A stretch of 64,000 nt of DNA from assembly GCF_009914755.1 (NCBI RefSeq), contig NC_060929.1; one strand, 5' to 3'. The notes under the pieces were generated by a model. That model was given only the letters and a program-made list of their open reading frames with translations. It did no database searches and had not been told where the DNA came from. The stretch's first letter is position 1. Each line of letters begins with the position of its first letter. Below are positions 1 through 13,253 of the stretch, piece by piece. The stretch comes from the human T2T-CHM13v2.0 reference genome, Homo sapiens. The translations under genes and the position numbers were made by a program.

Positions 1-415
1 ACATTGTAATGAGAGTAAAGATTGAAACAGTGGTTATTGTTACTGTTGTTATTATTGTTATATTATTATTGGCTTGGAACACTGGGAAGAGATGAAGAAT
101 AGATGGTATGGACAGATGGGATACCAGGGCTTTCTAAATGATCCTAGGGAAATTGCTTAGGAAATGTGGGGTGTTTGTGTGTGTCTGTGTGCGTGTTTTA
201 GGGAAGAATAAACTGGGATCAGGTAAACTGTTCCTTGGAGAATGTCTGCTGAGTACACTAGAGAAGGACCCCATGAAGGATTTTTGTTTTTTTGTACCCA
301 AACAATCGGATTTATCTCCAGCATCTAACTGTGTATACATAATGAAGAACCTGCATTTGCCTGTGCCCGGTGCCCAGCCAATTGTTCCTGAAACCTCTGA
401 GGGGGATTTTATTAT

Positions 416-741
416 TGTTGTAGGACTCTCTCCTTAGTTCAGCTAAGAGCCGGTTTCTTGTTACACAGCCATGAGAGAGATTAGGCTCGCAGACACTTTG
501 AAGGGTGAGAATAAATGGACTTTATTGGAGAAAAGGGAAAAAAAGAGAAACAAGGACCCTCTGCGAAGCTAGAGTTCTGGTAGTGCGCTTCCTGCCTCGC
601 AGATTGAATCCCAGGTACCACGCAGGAAGAAGAGGGGCCAGGTTCCTTCCTGCTGCAAACGGTGCTAACTTCTGTGGCTCCACCCGGGTGTGCAGGCCAG
701 TTGGGGTTTTCCCGGGGACCCCCTTACACTTGGATGTCTCA
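416..741 (-). mobile_element. ERV1 solo LTR, MER48-like
   Basis: TG...CA termini (tgttgtagg...gtctca), 4-bp TSD TTAT at 412-415 and 742-745; resembles recalled MER48 consensus in reverse. Confidence 0.65.
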
Positions 742-1114
742 TTATTATCTCTACCTCAGTGTTTTTTTTTAAAAATCAGTTGATAAACAACAAAAGCAAA
801 ACTTGTTAATGTCATGGGAATTTTGTTTTTCTCTATGAAATTAACCTAGCGCGAACAACTATGAACGCTGCAAAACAAACAATGAAGAAACAAAAAATTC
901 CAGAATACCTGTCTGGAAATACAGGCCCCCTAGGCATTGCGATTAGGATTAGTGTTGGAGGAATTTTTCTAAACCTGGAAGTCAAGGGTGCCTGAATCAG
1001 AAAAATTTAGACTCCTGTTACATTAGCACTCTTCAGATGGTAGAAGAACTTTTTTTGAAAAAACTACTTGTTCCGTAGAAGAAGCTTCTTAGATGAACAG
1101 TCTGGTGCAGGACT

Positions 1115-1265
1115 ACACAGTGCTGTCCTTGAAACACTGTAGGATCAGGATCACCTGGGAGTTCATAAGAAATACAGGATCTTGGGTTCCACTCCAGACC
1201 TCCTCTATCAGAGGCTTCCTTTACATGTGCTTCATGTGTACATTCAAATTTGAAAAGCTTTGCTT
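1115..1265. mobile_element. MER5-like hAT-Charlie DNA transposon remnant
   Basis: atcacctgggag...aaatacag...ccactccagacc and aaatttgaaaagc motifs resemble MER5A/B. Confidence 0.4.
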
Positions 1266-2211
1266 CAGGGGACTCTAACGGGTTTCACACTTCTTGGGGT
1301 GCCTAACTCACCACGCTGGTGTGGTAAAACATCATGAGAGGCTGTGGTTGAACATTTCCCCATGTACAAGGAGAAGGATTTCCAGAAAGTAGATAGAATG
1401 GTAATGAGCATGGCAATTACAAATAAAGCCTTTGTTTTGAATTGGTAATTGAAGAAATATGCAAAAAAGTATGCAATTCTTCATTTTGAAATCTTTTAAA
1501 TCCTCAGACATCTTGAAGTAAAAATGCCTCTGGAATGTGGCATAACACTTAGATCCTTTAGAAATTTAGATCAAAGGTGAGAATCATCAAAGTGTTTGTA
1601 GGTTCAAAGTAAAAAAATATACCAGTTCTGAAATACAAGAGTTATGTTGAGACGGTTTTTTGTCTCTGTGTGTCTTTATGAGGAAGTGCTTCTTGAACCT
1701 TTTAACCCTATAGACTTGCCAGTTTGAGTGGAAGAGGTGACATTTTCCTTTAAGCTACAGGTTGCATTCTGTTCAGATCCTCAAGCATCAAGGTCAGGCT
1801 CTGTTCAGAATAACTGAATGCTAATTGACTTGCTGGGAATTAATGTGCATTATCTTGTTTACACCAGTGTTCTGTTGGCAGTTTGTAAATCATTCTCTCC
1901 GGCAGGCTCTGACATGGATTTGAAGTTTGTTTCTGTTTTATAGGAGTTGGGTTAATCTCTAGCTATGCTAGAGGGTTAGAGAAATTAGACAGAATGAGAG
2001 AGGGGGGACCTCTCCCCTGCACATTTCTATATCATGAATGATTGTCAAAATTGACAGTGATTGTGCAGCCTGCATTTACCTCCAGGTAAGAAACAGGCTG
2101 GCTATATAATTATGCTAACGCTTTCCAGGGAATTTATTTTTTGTTCTCTATCTTTGCCAAATGTACACAGGCTCCTGCTTGCTTGAGCATTTTCTCAGCA
2201 ACCAACCAACC

Positions 2212-2212
<1 letters not shown>

Positions 2213-2249
<37 letters not shown>

Positions 2250-2259
2250 CTCTCTCTCT
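2213..2259. repeat. (CA)n(CT)n compound microsatellite
   Basis: Directly visible. Confidence 0.95.
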
Positions 2260-2492
2260 TATAAAAATAGGCACAGACTGGCTGGCACACTCATAGAGAC
2301 CATGCAAGGTGACCTCAGTGATTTGTATGGCTACTCCTCCCCGTGGTCCATTTCTCAATGCAGTGGGCATTCTTCCAAATACACAGCAGCTCTTTGTGCA
2401 GTAATCACTTTGCCTTCTATTGAAACCCCAAGAAAGAGGTATACAGTTCCCCTACATATTGCTCTGCTTTTGGTCTACATTAACTATGATCC

Positions 2493-3046
2493 TATAAGAG
2501 GTGTGGAACCACAGCAACTCCAACTTGGATAGGAGCTGGGTAAAATGAGGCTGAGACCTACTGGGCTGCATTCCAAGATGGTTAAGGCATTCCAAGTCAC
2601 AGGATGAGATAGGAGGTTGGCACAAGATACAGGTCATAAAGACCTTGCTGATAAAACAGGTTGCAATAAAGAAGTCGGCTAATACCCACCAAAACCCAGA
2701 TGGCCACGAGAGTGAACTCTGGTCATCCTCATTGTTACGCTCCCACCAGCATCATGAATTTACAGATGCCATGGCAATGTGAGGAAGTTATATTATATGG
2801 TCCAAAAAAGGGAGGCATGAATTATCCACCCCTTATTTAACATTATCATCAATAAATAACCATAAAAATAGGCAACCAGCAGCTCTTGGGGGGCTGCTCT
2901 GACCATGGAGTAGCCATTCTTTTATTCCTCTGCTTTCTTAATAAACTTGCTTTCACTTTACTCTAGAGACTCGCCCTGAATTCTTTCTTATGTGAGATCC
3001 AAGAACCCTTTCCTGGGGTCTGAATTGGGACCCTTTTCCGATAACG
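2493..3046 (+). mobile_element. MER41A solo LTR (ERV1)
   Basis: gggtaaaatgaggctgagacctactgggctgcattc...cacaggatgagataggagg...aataaacttgctttcact matches MER41; the gggaggcatgaa junction is the MER41A deletion form; degenerate 4-bp TSD ATCC/GTCC. Confidence 0.85.
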
Positions 3047-3074
3047 GTCCCACTGTTGTTTACTTTTCTTCTCG

Positions 3075-3140
3075 CTAGCTAGCTATGTGATCTTGGGCAA
3101 GTCACTGTGCTTCAATCTCCTCATCTCTAAAATTAAGGGA
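3075..3140 (+). mobile_element. MIR SINE fragment
   Basis: ctagctatgtgatcttgggcaagtcact...ctcatctctaaaat MIR core. Confidence 0.6.
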
Positions 3141-3324
3141 TTATACTCCTTAGGTGTATCCTGGGTTTCATGCTTCTTTTTCCTTTAGTTCTAGGAAGCA
3201 AAATAGTTGCTAGCACCAAAACTGCTCATCTTGGACTTTAAGCTTGGAGGAACCTGTAGGGCTGTAGCGAAAACTATGGTGACAATAGAGGCTTTATTTG
3301 GAGTTCCAGAGCTGCCTCTGAGTT

Positions 3325-3460
3325 AATGTGCAACTGACCTTTGGCAAGTCTGTTGGATCTTCAGTTTTCTCCTCTGTAAAATGGAGATAAATAGAGTTTC
3401 TTGCCTGTCCTGCAGGGCTGTGATGAGAGAGTGTATTGCAGTGAGTAAAGTGCTATATGG
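3325..3460 (+). mobile_element. MIR SINE fragment
   Basis: tgacctttggcaagtc...cagttttctcctctgtaaaatggagataa MIR core. Confidence 0.6.
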
Positions 3461-3529
3461 TGCAGAGGATGATAAATTATCCAGGTTTGTCTGACCAGTC
3501 CTTTTAACTAGGGAGATGGCATCAAGCTA

Positions 3530-3712
3530 GTCCCAACCCACAAGTATCCTCACTAGCAGCAGCTGCAGTGCTCAGTCTAGTTCCATAGGAGAATCCTTTA
3601 GAGATGAAGATGCCTGGACTGCACCTCAACACCACCCAATCAGAATTTCTAGGGGAAGTCTCAGGTGTAAAAAAAAATGCATGTGCAGCCAGGTTTGAGA
3701 ACAAGTGATCTA
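3530..3712. mobile_element. MER5A-like DNA transposon
   Basis: aatcagaatttctagggg...catgtgcagccaggtttgagaac motifs. Confidence 0.5.
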
Positions 3713-4379
3713 AAGACAAGGAAATCTTACCACCCCCTCAGTCTCAAATCCTGATATTCATCGTATGTGACAGGATGTCCCTTATCACATCTGATGCCTG
3801 AGGTGTTGTGTAAGACAGAACAGAGTCTGCGGGGGACTGCCCTGCTGTAGCCTTCTTATTAAACTTGACAAATATACCTTCTAGTCTTATTTCATGGTTT
3901 TCTTCCCCATATATTGAATGGAAGGAATCTCTCACACTACTATTGGAAATGAACTTTCTGAGCACTGTGTGTCTTTTGGGAATGAGGCGAGGTTCAGCTT
4001 GAACTATATTTAGCCCCGTCTAAGCCCCTCTTTTAAGTAGTAACTAGGGCACAATTGAACTTTATCTTTCGCCGTTTGGAAAACCAAAGTAGTAGAAGAC
4101 GATAGGGAAAGAGAAAGCAAAACAAATCGGTTTCTACTTATGTACTTTTGTTACCAGTTAGAGCCTGTTTAGAACTGGCCACTGGTTCAGTTCTGTGCCT
4201 AAGGAACAGCTGTGGGAATGAGTATCTGGAGTTTATGCAAACTGCTTCCAGGTAACAAAGGCTTAGGCTAAATCTTTCTCTTTACTGTTCTGCTCTGGTT
4301 CCACCATGTCAGAGAGTAAACTCATGCTAGATATTTCAGAGCCATAGTACTAAGCAGTGCCATTAAGAACCTCAGAGCA

Positions 4380-4675
<296 letters not shown>

Positions 4676-5066
4676 AAGAACCTCAGAGCAGGTGGCAGTT
4701 GGAGGGAGGAAGAGAAAGAAAATAACCCCATCCCAAATATGTGATTTGAAATAAAAGACGCAAAGCAAATTCTCAGGAGGTAGCCTTTTTATTTGTCTTT
4801 ATTTATTTCACTTTAGTTTGTCAGTGAAATGAGATAAGAACATCTATCTCCTGCTAAATAGGGCCCACGTTCTTTTAGGTAAGAATGTAATGCTGGAGGA
4901 AGGCATTTCTGGAAACTCGGTTTAATCTATTTCTGGGGTAATGGACTTGCACAGCGGCCTCAAGTGCCACCGTTAATAGCTTCTTGCTTCTTCCAGCAGA
5001 AATGCACTAGAGCTGTGTTCAGATGTGTGTCCACTTTGAGGGAAAGAACAACAGAAACTTCTCTGG

Positions 5067-5080
5067 GAGAGGGGGAGAGC

Positions 5081-5160
<80 letters not shown>
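5067..5160. repeat. (GA)n microsatellite, interrupted
   Basis: Directly visible. Confidence 0.95.
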
Positions 5161-5163
<3 letters not shown>

Positions 5164-5685
5164 AAGCACATTCTTTAATCCAGCAAGAAAAAAGAAGAAA
5201 TTACCTTAGTGCATGCTCCTACCGGTATAAACAGAAGCATTAGGGAAAAAGCTAGTTTCTTCATGACTGAAAAATATTTAGAACATAGAACTTGGGCTCC
5301 TACTTCTCTATATTTCCTTGGTTGCTTTAATCCTGTGAGCTTTCGGCTCCAGGGAGAAAGTCTAAAAATACTACATCCTATTTGTTCAAAAGCAAGTAAC
5401 AAAGGTGGAAGGGTCCTGCTTTTGCCTTAAAGGAAAAAAGAAATACGAAATCTTAGTGTTTTCATTTTTAAACTCTAAATCAAAGTGTGGCTTTAGAATA
5501 TTGTGTTTTATTTTTATTAGGCAATGTGGAGGCATGCAACACAGATTCAAATGGTGCAAAAGGAAATACATTGGAAAGTTATTCTCCCTCCTAGCTTTAT
5601 CCAGGTACTCCAGTTCCCCTTCGCTGAGGCAACCTCTGATGTTAGTTCTTGTGAATCTTTTCAGAGATATTCTTTGCATAGCAAA

Positions 5686-5735
5686 GTGTGCGTGTGTGTG
5701 TGTGTGTATGTGTGTGTATATGTGTGTGTGTATGC
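5686..5735. repeat. (TG)n/(TGTA) microsatellite
   Basis: Directly visible. Confidence 0.9.
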
Positions 5736-8700
5736 ACAGATTCACATGGCCCTTTCTTCCTTCATTTAACATAAATAGTTGCATTCTACACACATTATCC
5801 TGCCCCTTGTGCTAGTCACTGAAGAAGTTGTCTGAGAGGTAATTTTATATTAGGACATAGAGACCAATCTTCTTCATTTTAATAGTTGTAAGAAGTTCAC
5901 TGAGGCAGATATTGTAATTTTTTTAACCAGCTGCTCCAATACCAATTTAGCCTGTTTTGATTAATTTGCCACTACAATGTTGGAATGAATATTCTTATAC
6001 ATATACCTTAAAGTATACAATATTTTTGAATCTTAAGTTGCCACAATGTAAATTGATTTGCACATCTCTCTTCTTCCATGGTTGCAAGCTTCTCCCAGGC
6101 TAAGCAGAGATCTTTAGCAGATTTAATTGTATTTTATGTTTGAAATATCAACTGCAGGTCAGAGTGTATTGCTGTTTTCTGGATGTGAGATTTCCCTTGG
6201 GTTTCATTTAGCTGTTACCAACCTAGCCAGGGAGGACAGAAGTTTGAATTGTGTTTCCACACAGCCACCCGATCAGTTATTGAGCAAATATGACCCTTTC
6301 TGCTGCAATGGTAAGGTCACAAAAGTCACCTGAACAGCCTGAAGAAATCAATCCTACGGTGATCGAGGAACCACCTCTGACTTAGGGCTTTCTGAATGCA
6401 CAGAATTTCTGACTCTGCATTGATAAGGTCATACATATGTGTGTACCAGACCTCAGGACTCCCTAGGGTTCTGGTTTTCAAAACTCTGAATAAATAGAAA
6501 CTGGAACACATTTGGAGTGAGACTGAAGTCTCTGGGAATATTGAATCTTTGTACTTTTATTTTTTAAGTAGCAAGTATGTTTGGGCCGATAGATAAATCG
6601 GAATGTAATCATGCAGAGACAGTGAGGTAATCCTTCCATTCATCAGATGCAGGGCCATGCAAAGACACCAAGGTTGTCATTAAAACGTGGAAGCTTCCTA
6701 CTTCTTGGTAAAATAAGTAGAGGAGGTTTGTTTTTACATTGATAAAGGAAAAGGAAAGCACTATCAGCAAAGAGGAGACAGGCAGTACCAAGATGAAAAG
6801 AATACAGGTTGAGAGTTATAAGACCTATACTTAGTTCAAATGCTGCATGATTTTTAGTTAGGACCAAGTCAGAAAACTGAAGTCAAGCTTTAAAAAAAAA
6901 CAGAGTAAACATATTTGTTCTACAGATTGTCTTGATCTGGGGATATAAGAAGCCGTAATGTACTCAGCCGCGATTCACCTCTCAGCTTTGTTATTCTCAG
7001 GCTCCACATGGTGGTATAATGGCTGCCAAAAGCTCCTGTCCTTCCAGGCTCAAGGCTGGCTGGTAGAACAGCTTCTCTTCCTCTAAGAGTTCAAACAAAA
7101 GTCCTGGATGGTCAAGGGTCAAAAGTCAGAGAGCTCTTAGCAAACTAATGAGGTTACAAGGTGCTTGGTTCCCCCAAATTCATGAATGTCCAAAACAGCC
7201 TCTCAATAGGTATAAGGCTTTGGCTCACTTAATTTCTTATTGTTTTACTTTCCTCATTTGTAAAATATGGTTGAATTTTATAATCTTTGTGTCCTCCTCC
7301 AAATCTGAACTAATTTCCCTTCTTCCTCTTTTCCTTTGCTTTTCCACATTTATTGAGAATTTACTCTAGACGGGTATTCTACTTCCTATTCTTGATTGTT
7401 TATATTTTAATATGTATAAGAAATACATATGCGTCTAAAGAAGAAAACATTTCTAATCTAATAGAGATAAGTATAAAGAGCAATAGGAACACAGAAGAGG
7501 GAAGAATTATATCATTTATGGTAATAACATTTGAATCCAGTTTGAAACTTGACCAGAGTTCCACAAGTTTGTGGTGTATACATGTTTGTGGTTGTATACA
7601 AGGAATAGAAGTGTGAAGCTGAAAATACTGAAAATGAGAAAAGTGCAGTGGTAAATTCACCCATACTTACATATTTATTTACTAGAGTCATCTACACTAT
7701 TCTGGTAGTACCCAAGAGGATTGAGGACAGTACAGAGACCAATCAAAAGTCACTAACCAAATAATTAAAGAGTAGACAAGTATAGTTTCTGAGCAAGTAT
7801 CACGGAAGTAAGTTAGAAAATAAATACTGAAGGATAATTAGGTAATAATTTTAGCTTGATTATAAAGGAACAAAAAAGAATTAACCGAACCAAACTAAAC
7901 CACATCATCACCATCACCTCCCTCCAGAAAAAGTTCATAGTGATTTATAGTACATAGCCCAGTGAAGTGAGAAATTAGGGAGATAGGATTTTTTTTCTCT
8001 AAAATCTTGAAACATGGAAGTCTCTCCAGTGATGGATTGTGTATTCATATTGGAGGTCAGAGGAATGAATTAGAAGGCTTTCTAAAGCCCTAGAGTCCTT
8101 ACATTCTCTAATATCTTTGTTTTACCTAAATGGCTGTTCTATGAGGTGACTTTATCCCAAATGAAAAATTGCTGCTACATAATAGTTGATACCAATTAGA
8201 AGGCAAATGTGGTGGTCCAGGGAACTATTTTAAATAATACAAAGGAATTCCATTCTTTCTAAATTCGGAGGAAAAGAACCAGAAATATCAGGACAAAACA
8301 TTTACATTCTCCTCCAGAATGCCAAAAGGCACCATAGAAATGATCATTACAAGGACAGAAACTGTTGGAGTGGGAGGCAGTCAACCAGGGACCAAAGATT
8401 GAGTTTTCCTTTTCTACCTTTCCATCCTACCAGTTTTTCCTAAAGTGCTTTCTCGAGAGAATATATGTACTCACTTTTCTAGGCAGACTTAATTACAGTC
8501 TTATTTAGAAATAAGACTGGTTTACTTTATCCTTTTAAATTCCTTCCAGGACTAGTGTAGTTTCTATTACAATGCCTTAGGCATTAATAGTATCAGAAAA
8601 CTAAATATGTAGTCTTGGTTCTAATGCAAAAAGGAAAGGTATGTTTCAAAAAGAAGAAAAGGGATGAGGGTGGGAGTGAGGAAGACTCTTTCCATTTAAT

Positions 8701-9007
8701 GTTCACTTTTAGTAGGAATACAAATATTTGTGATTGGCATTGTGATTTTCACACTGCAGATGAACATCAGTTTTCTGCAATGATGTGAATTAATTCTTGA
8801 AGTAGTCTAACAACAAAAAATAATTTTTAAGCACATATTAGGAGGAATAAGTTGTGCTAGGCACTGTGGAGAATGTAAAAGACATAGTCATCACCCTCAG
8901 GGGGCTTCTATGCTAATGGGAGATGTGATTAGACTGATGCAGGCATTTGCTTTCCCTACCAAAACCACAATTCATAGCCTTAAGGCATGTCCTATTCACT
9001 GTCATGC

Positions 9008-9510
9008 TGTATAAATCTTCAATGATGCATAACAAATGATCACCTAGTTATCAACTTAAAACAACACACAGTTATTATCTCACAATTTCTGTGAGTCAAA
9101 AGTGTGTGCATTATTTATATGCTATTTTAAAAAGGTTGCAATCACAGTGTTGTGTGTTCTAGAGGCTTGGATAGGGAAGAATTGGCTTCCAAACTCATAC
9201 AGCTTTTTATTGGCCGTTATCTGGAGACCACCTTCAGATTCTAGAAGCCACCTGCAGTTCCTGGCCATGTGGTCCTCTCCATAGGCAGTTCCAAATATGG
9301 CTGCTTACTTTTGCAAGGCCAGCAGGCTAATCTCTCCCTCCAGCCTGTTAAGATGGACACTTCTATAATAAAATATGATCATGAAAGTGACATCCCATTA
9401 CCCTTGCCGTATTCTATTGGTTAGAATCAAGTCACATGTCACACACACTTATGGATAGATTATACAAGGGTGTCATTCATTGAGAGTTATCTCAGGATGT
9501 ATTCCCCATA
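9008..9510 (-). mobile_element. MaLR solo LTR (MLT1F-like)
   Basis: cttaaaacaacacacagttattatctcacaatttctg motif; 5-bp TSD CATGC/CATGG; interrupts the ERVL integrase. Confidence 0.7.
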
Positions 9511-10457
9511 CATGGTATTCTACCAGATTTTGCTTCTGACAAAGGAACTCGTTTTACAGCAAATGAAGGGTGCCAATGGGGTCATGTTAGTGAAACTCAC
9601 TAGTCTGATCATGTACCTAATCACCCTGAAGCAGCTGGCCTGATGGAACTGTGGAACCATTTTTTGAAGACTCAGTTAAGCATAAACTGGTTGGCAGTAC
9701 CTTGAGGGTCTGGAGAAAATGTCCTCCAGGGTGCTGTATATGCTCTAAATCAGTTAAACTTCTGTGCTGTTTCTTCAATAGCCATATTCATGGGTCTGGG
9801 GATCAAGGGCTGGAAATGGGAGTGGCTCCTCTATTAACCCTAACGTTCCACTAGTGAAATTTTCATTTTCCATCTCTCCATCCCTAGGATTTGCTGGTCT
9901 AGAAGTTTTAGTTAACAATGAGGAAATGCTTCTGGCAGGAGATACAGCAATGGTTCCACAAACTGGAAGTTGAAAATCTCCCTGGAAACGTTGAGTTCTT
10001 TATGTCAATAAATCTACAATCAAAGATAAAGTTCTGGTACTGGTTCAGATATGTGATCCCGACCAGGTAGAGGAAATTTTGTTGCTACTCCACTATGGAG
10101 TAAGGAGGAGTATATCTGGGACGTAGCAGGTTTACCTGGGACACCTCTAAGCATTTCCATGTCCTGTGATTTAAGTCAGTAGAGAACTAAATAGGCCGAT
10201 ATAGGGAGGACTTCTAATGGCCTAGACCTTTTAGAAATGAATATTCAGGCCCCTCACCAGACAAAGGTGCTTGCTGAGGCCAAGAAATATAGAATAGGTA
10301 GAGGAAGGTAATTATAAATATGTAGTATGACCACACAATGGGTTGCTGTTATTATAAAATTATTTAATATTATTTGTTATATATATATATCTCTCATAAT
10401 TTTTCTCTCCTTTCCAATTTTCTTACCATACAACATATGATATATTAATATTAGTTG

Positions 10458-10956
10458 TGTGTGCCCTATTGCTGCTGTAACGAATCACCACAAATTTAGT
10501 GATTAAACCCAAATTTATTCTCATGTAGTTTTGGAGATCAGAAGTCCACAATCAGTCTCAGTCGGCTAAAATCAAGGTGTTGACAGGACAGGTTCCATCT
10601 GGAGGCTCTGAGGAGAGAATCTGTTTCTTTGCTTTCTCCAGCTTTTAGTGTTCACGTGTATTCCTATGTCTGAGGCCCTTTCCTTCATCTTCAGAGCCCA
10701 TCACTCCAATCTCTGCTCTGGTATCCCATCACCTCCTTCTCTGCCTCTGTCTCCTCCTCTGTCCCTCTTATAAGGACTCTTGTGATTACGTTGAACACAT
10801 CCAGATAACGTTGAATAGCCTCCTCATTTCAAGATCTTCTATTTAATTACATTTGCAAAGTCTCTTTTGTCATAAAACAACATTCACAGGTTCCAGGGAT
10901 TAGGATGTGAACACATTAAGGATGTGTGTGTGGCAGGTACTAGTCTACCTACCACA
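10458..10956 (-). mobile_element. MaLR solo LTR (MLT1D-like)
   Basis: ggctaaaatcaaggtgttgacagg...ctggaggctct...gagaatc, ends ctaccaca. Confidence 0.75.
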
Positions 10957-11209
10957 ATTGTTAAACTGGATTTCTCAGTATTTAAGTTTCAGGGTATCAA
11001 AGCAGATATGTGACTCAGCTAAAAGAGGAATAAATATTACCTAATGACAAAAAGGAATTTTATATTCTTTTATGGGGAAAAAGTCTGCTTTTGGCTGTAT
11101 GAGATATGGTTCCATTAGTTAGAAGGAGACATGATTTTGCAATTGTTTTTGTTTGGAAGAGAAAGTAAGTTAAAAGATGTATTTGGATGGTAAGTGTATA
11201 TAGATGTCA

Positions 11210-12150
11210 AAGTAGATTTTTGTCTCAGTTTAGCTAAAATAGAACTACATTTCCCAGAATCCTCTTTGTGTTTAGTTTAGAGATGGTGTGGACCACGAGA
11301 GATGTTTTGTGCGAGATTTGGCAGGCAGCAGTGGAGAGGCCATATTCCATTGCATGAGGACATGAGTCTAGGGCTTGAGGCACTGCATTCATGCTTATCT
11401 GCTAGCTCACCCAGTTGGTGTGGGGCAGAAGACTAGCACACTGCCCTTACAGCTCCTATTGGGCATTTTGTGTTTGCTTCTCCAACCTCTTGGCTAGGTA
11501 CACGTTCATCTCTATGAAAAAGGACACAAAACTCTCCTAAAAGACACCTCCATTATAAAAGTTAACGTCTTAGAAGCTGTGAAGACCAGTGTGGCTTCTA
11601 GTCCATCACTGTAGGTTCCAGCTCAGTCTCACAAGCTGCAGATTGTTCTTGCTTCACATTCTTGATATATGTCTTCCTTTCCTGACTGCCACAAGTACAT
11701 AAGGTCATATCTCTATATCACATTTTAATTTATTTATTAGGATACACCTATATTAATATATACATTCAGATGCTGCATAACATTTCAATCAACAAATGAC
11801 CACACATATGATGGTGGTCCTGTAAGATTGTAATTTCACATTTTTACTGTCCCTTCTCTATATTTAGATAGACAAATACCATTGTGTTACAGTTGCCTAC
11901 AGTATTTAGTCCAGTAACTGCTGTACATGTTTGTATCCTAGGAGCAATAGGCTATACCCTATAGCCTAGATGTGTAGTAGGCTATACCATATAGGTTTGT
12001 GTAAGTTCACTCTGATGTTTGCACAACGATAAAATCACCTAATGACACATATCTCAGAACATATCCCTGTGGCTAAGCGATGCATGACTGTATGGTAATA
12101 CATTAATCATATACATCTTGCAGTGGTTGTTCCTTTAATTGAATCCTGGC
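11210..12150 (+). mobile_element. ERVL LTR (LTR33-like), interrupted by Tigger3a
   Basis: tagaactacatttcccagaat motif directly after the ERVL internal relic; boundaries approximate. Confidence 0.45.
11763..12090. mobile_element. Tigger3a (MER7A) TcMar DNA transposon
   Basis: TA flanks, terminus ...aagcgatgcatgactg, internal ctaggagcaataggctatacc...tagcctag. Confidence 0.8.
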
Positions 12151-12529
12151 TCCTTGAGCAGAGGATACTTCTCTGCCTGGGATTGGTTTAGTCATATGAC
12201 TGGTGTTCGTCTCTGGAATGTGAGTGGATATTATGCTAGAAGTTTTAAGTGTGCTTGTATAGTTTGGCTTGCTCCTTGCACCCCACTGGTCCTCCATGAG
12301 AAGTACATGTTCTTGTACTCTTGTATCTTTAGCTCCTGTATCTTTAGCTCAGGCCCCAAAACAAAACATGTGTCGAGCAGACATGAGCTGAATTCTCAAC
12401 CTGGAGCTAAAGTTCAGCCAACCATCAGCCTCAAACAGAGCATGTTAGCTACGCCCAGCTGTATCAGTGGAAGTACATTCATTTTGCAGACCCGTGACTA
12501 TGAAAATAAACAAAATTCTTCTTTTAGGG

Positions 12530-13253
12530 TAATGGTTTTTAACAAAGGATGAGGGGTAGGTTTTGTCCCCCCAGGGAACATTTGGCAGCATCTGGAGATA
12601 TTTTTGGTTATTGCAGCTGGGCAGAGGTGTGTTAGTTTCTTATTGCTTCTGTGAACAAATTATCACAACCATAGTGGCTTAAAGCAACTCAGGCTTATTC
12701 TCTTACAGTTATAGAGGTTAGATGTCTGAAATGAATTTTAGAGGCGGACATCAATGTGTTGGTAGAGCTGCATTCCTTCTGGAGGCTCTAGGGGAGAATC
12801 AGTTTCCTTGACTTTTTCAGCTTCTAGAGGCAGTCTACATTTCCTTGGCTTGCAGCCCCTTCCTCTGTCATCAAAGTATATTACTCTGATTTTTCTTTCC
12901 ATTGTCACATCTCCTCTCTTTGACTTTGGCCATTTTGCTTCCCTCTTGTAAGGACCTTTGTGATTACATTGATCTACCTGGATGATTCAGAATAACCTCT
13001 CCATCTCAAGATCCTTAGCAGAATAACATCTTCAAAGCCCATTTTACCATGTAAAGTAATATATTTCTAGATTCTGTGAGTTAGGATGTGGATATATTTA
13101 GGTAGCTAATATTCTGTTTGTTGTAGGAATTCTACTGGCATCTAGTGGGTAGAAACCTGGAATGCTGCTAAATATCTTACCATGAAGAGGACAGGCCCCA
13201 CAATAAATAATGACCTGACATGAATGTCAATCTGTTAAGGTTGAGAAACTGTT
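12530..13253. mobile_element. MER20 hAT transposon split by an MLT1 LTR
   Basis: ttgtccccccagggaacatttggcagcatctggagatatttttggtt on the left; tactggcatctagtgggtaga...gctgctaaa...ggttgagaaac on the right. Confidence 0.75.
12628..13125 (-). mobile_element. MaLR solo LTR (MLT1D/E-like)
   Basis: cattccttctggaggctctaggggagaatc...tttcagcttctagagg motifs. Confidence 0.7.

Larger units (their letters stand above)
8935..11200 (+). mobile_element. ERVL internal relic (integrase core + dUTPase), split by two MaLR LTRs
   Basis: From 9511 translates HGILPDFASDKGTRFTANEGCQWGHVSETH*SDHVPNHPEAAGLMELWNHFLKTQL (ERVL integrase core); ~9895-10120 resembles ERVL dUTPase (GLEVLV...GDTAMVP...); stops and frameshifts. 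Confidence 0.8.

Noticed and set aside
4960-5209. ER- and SL-repeat ORFs
   Set aside because: Translation of (GA)n
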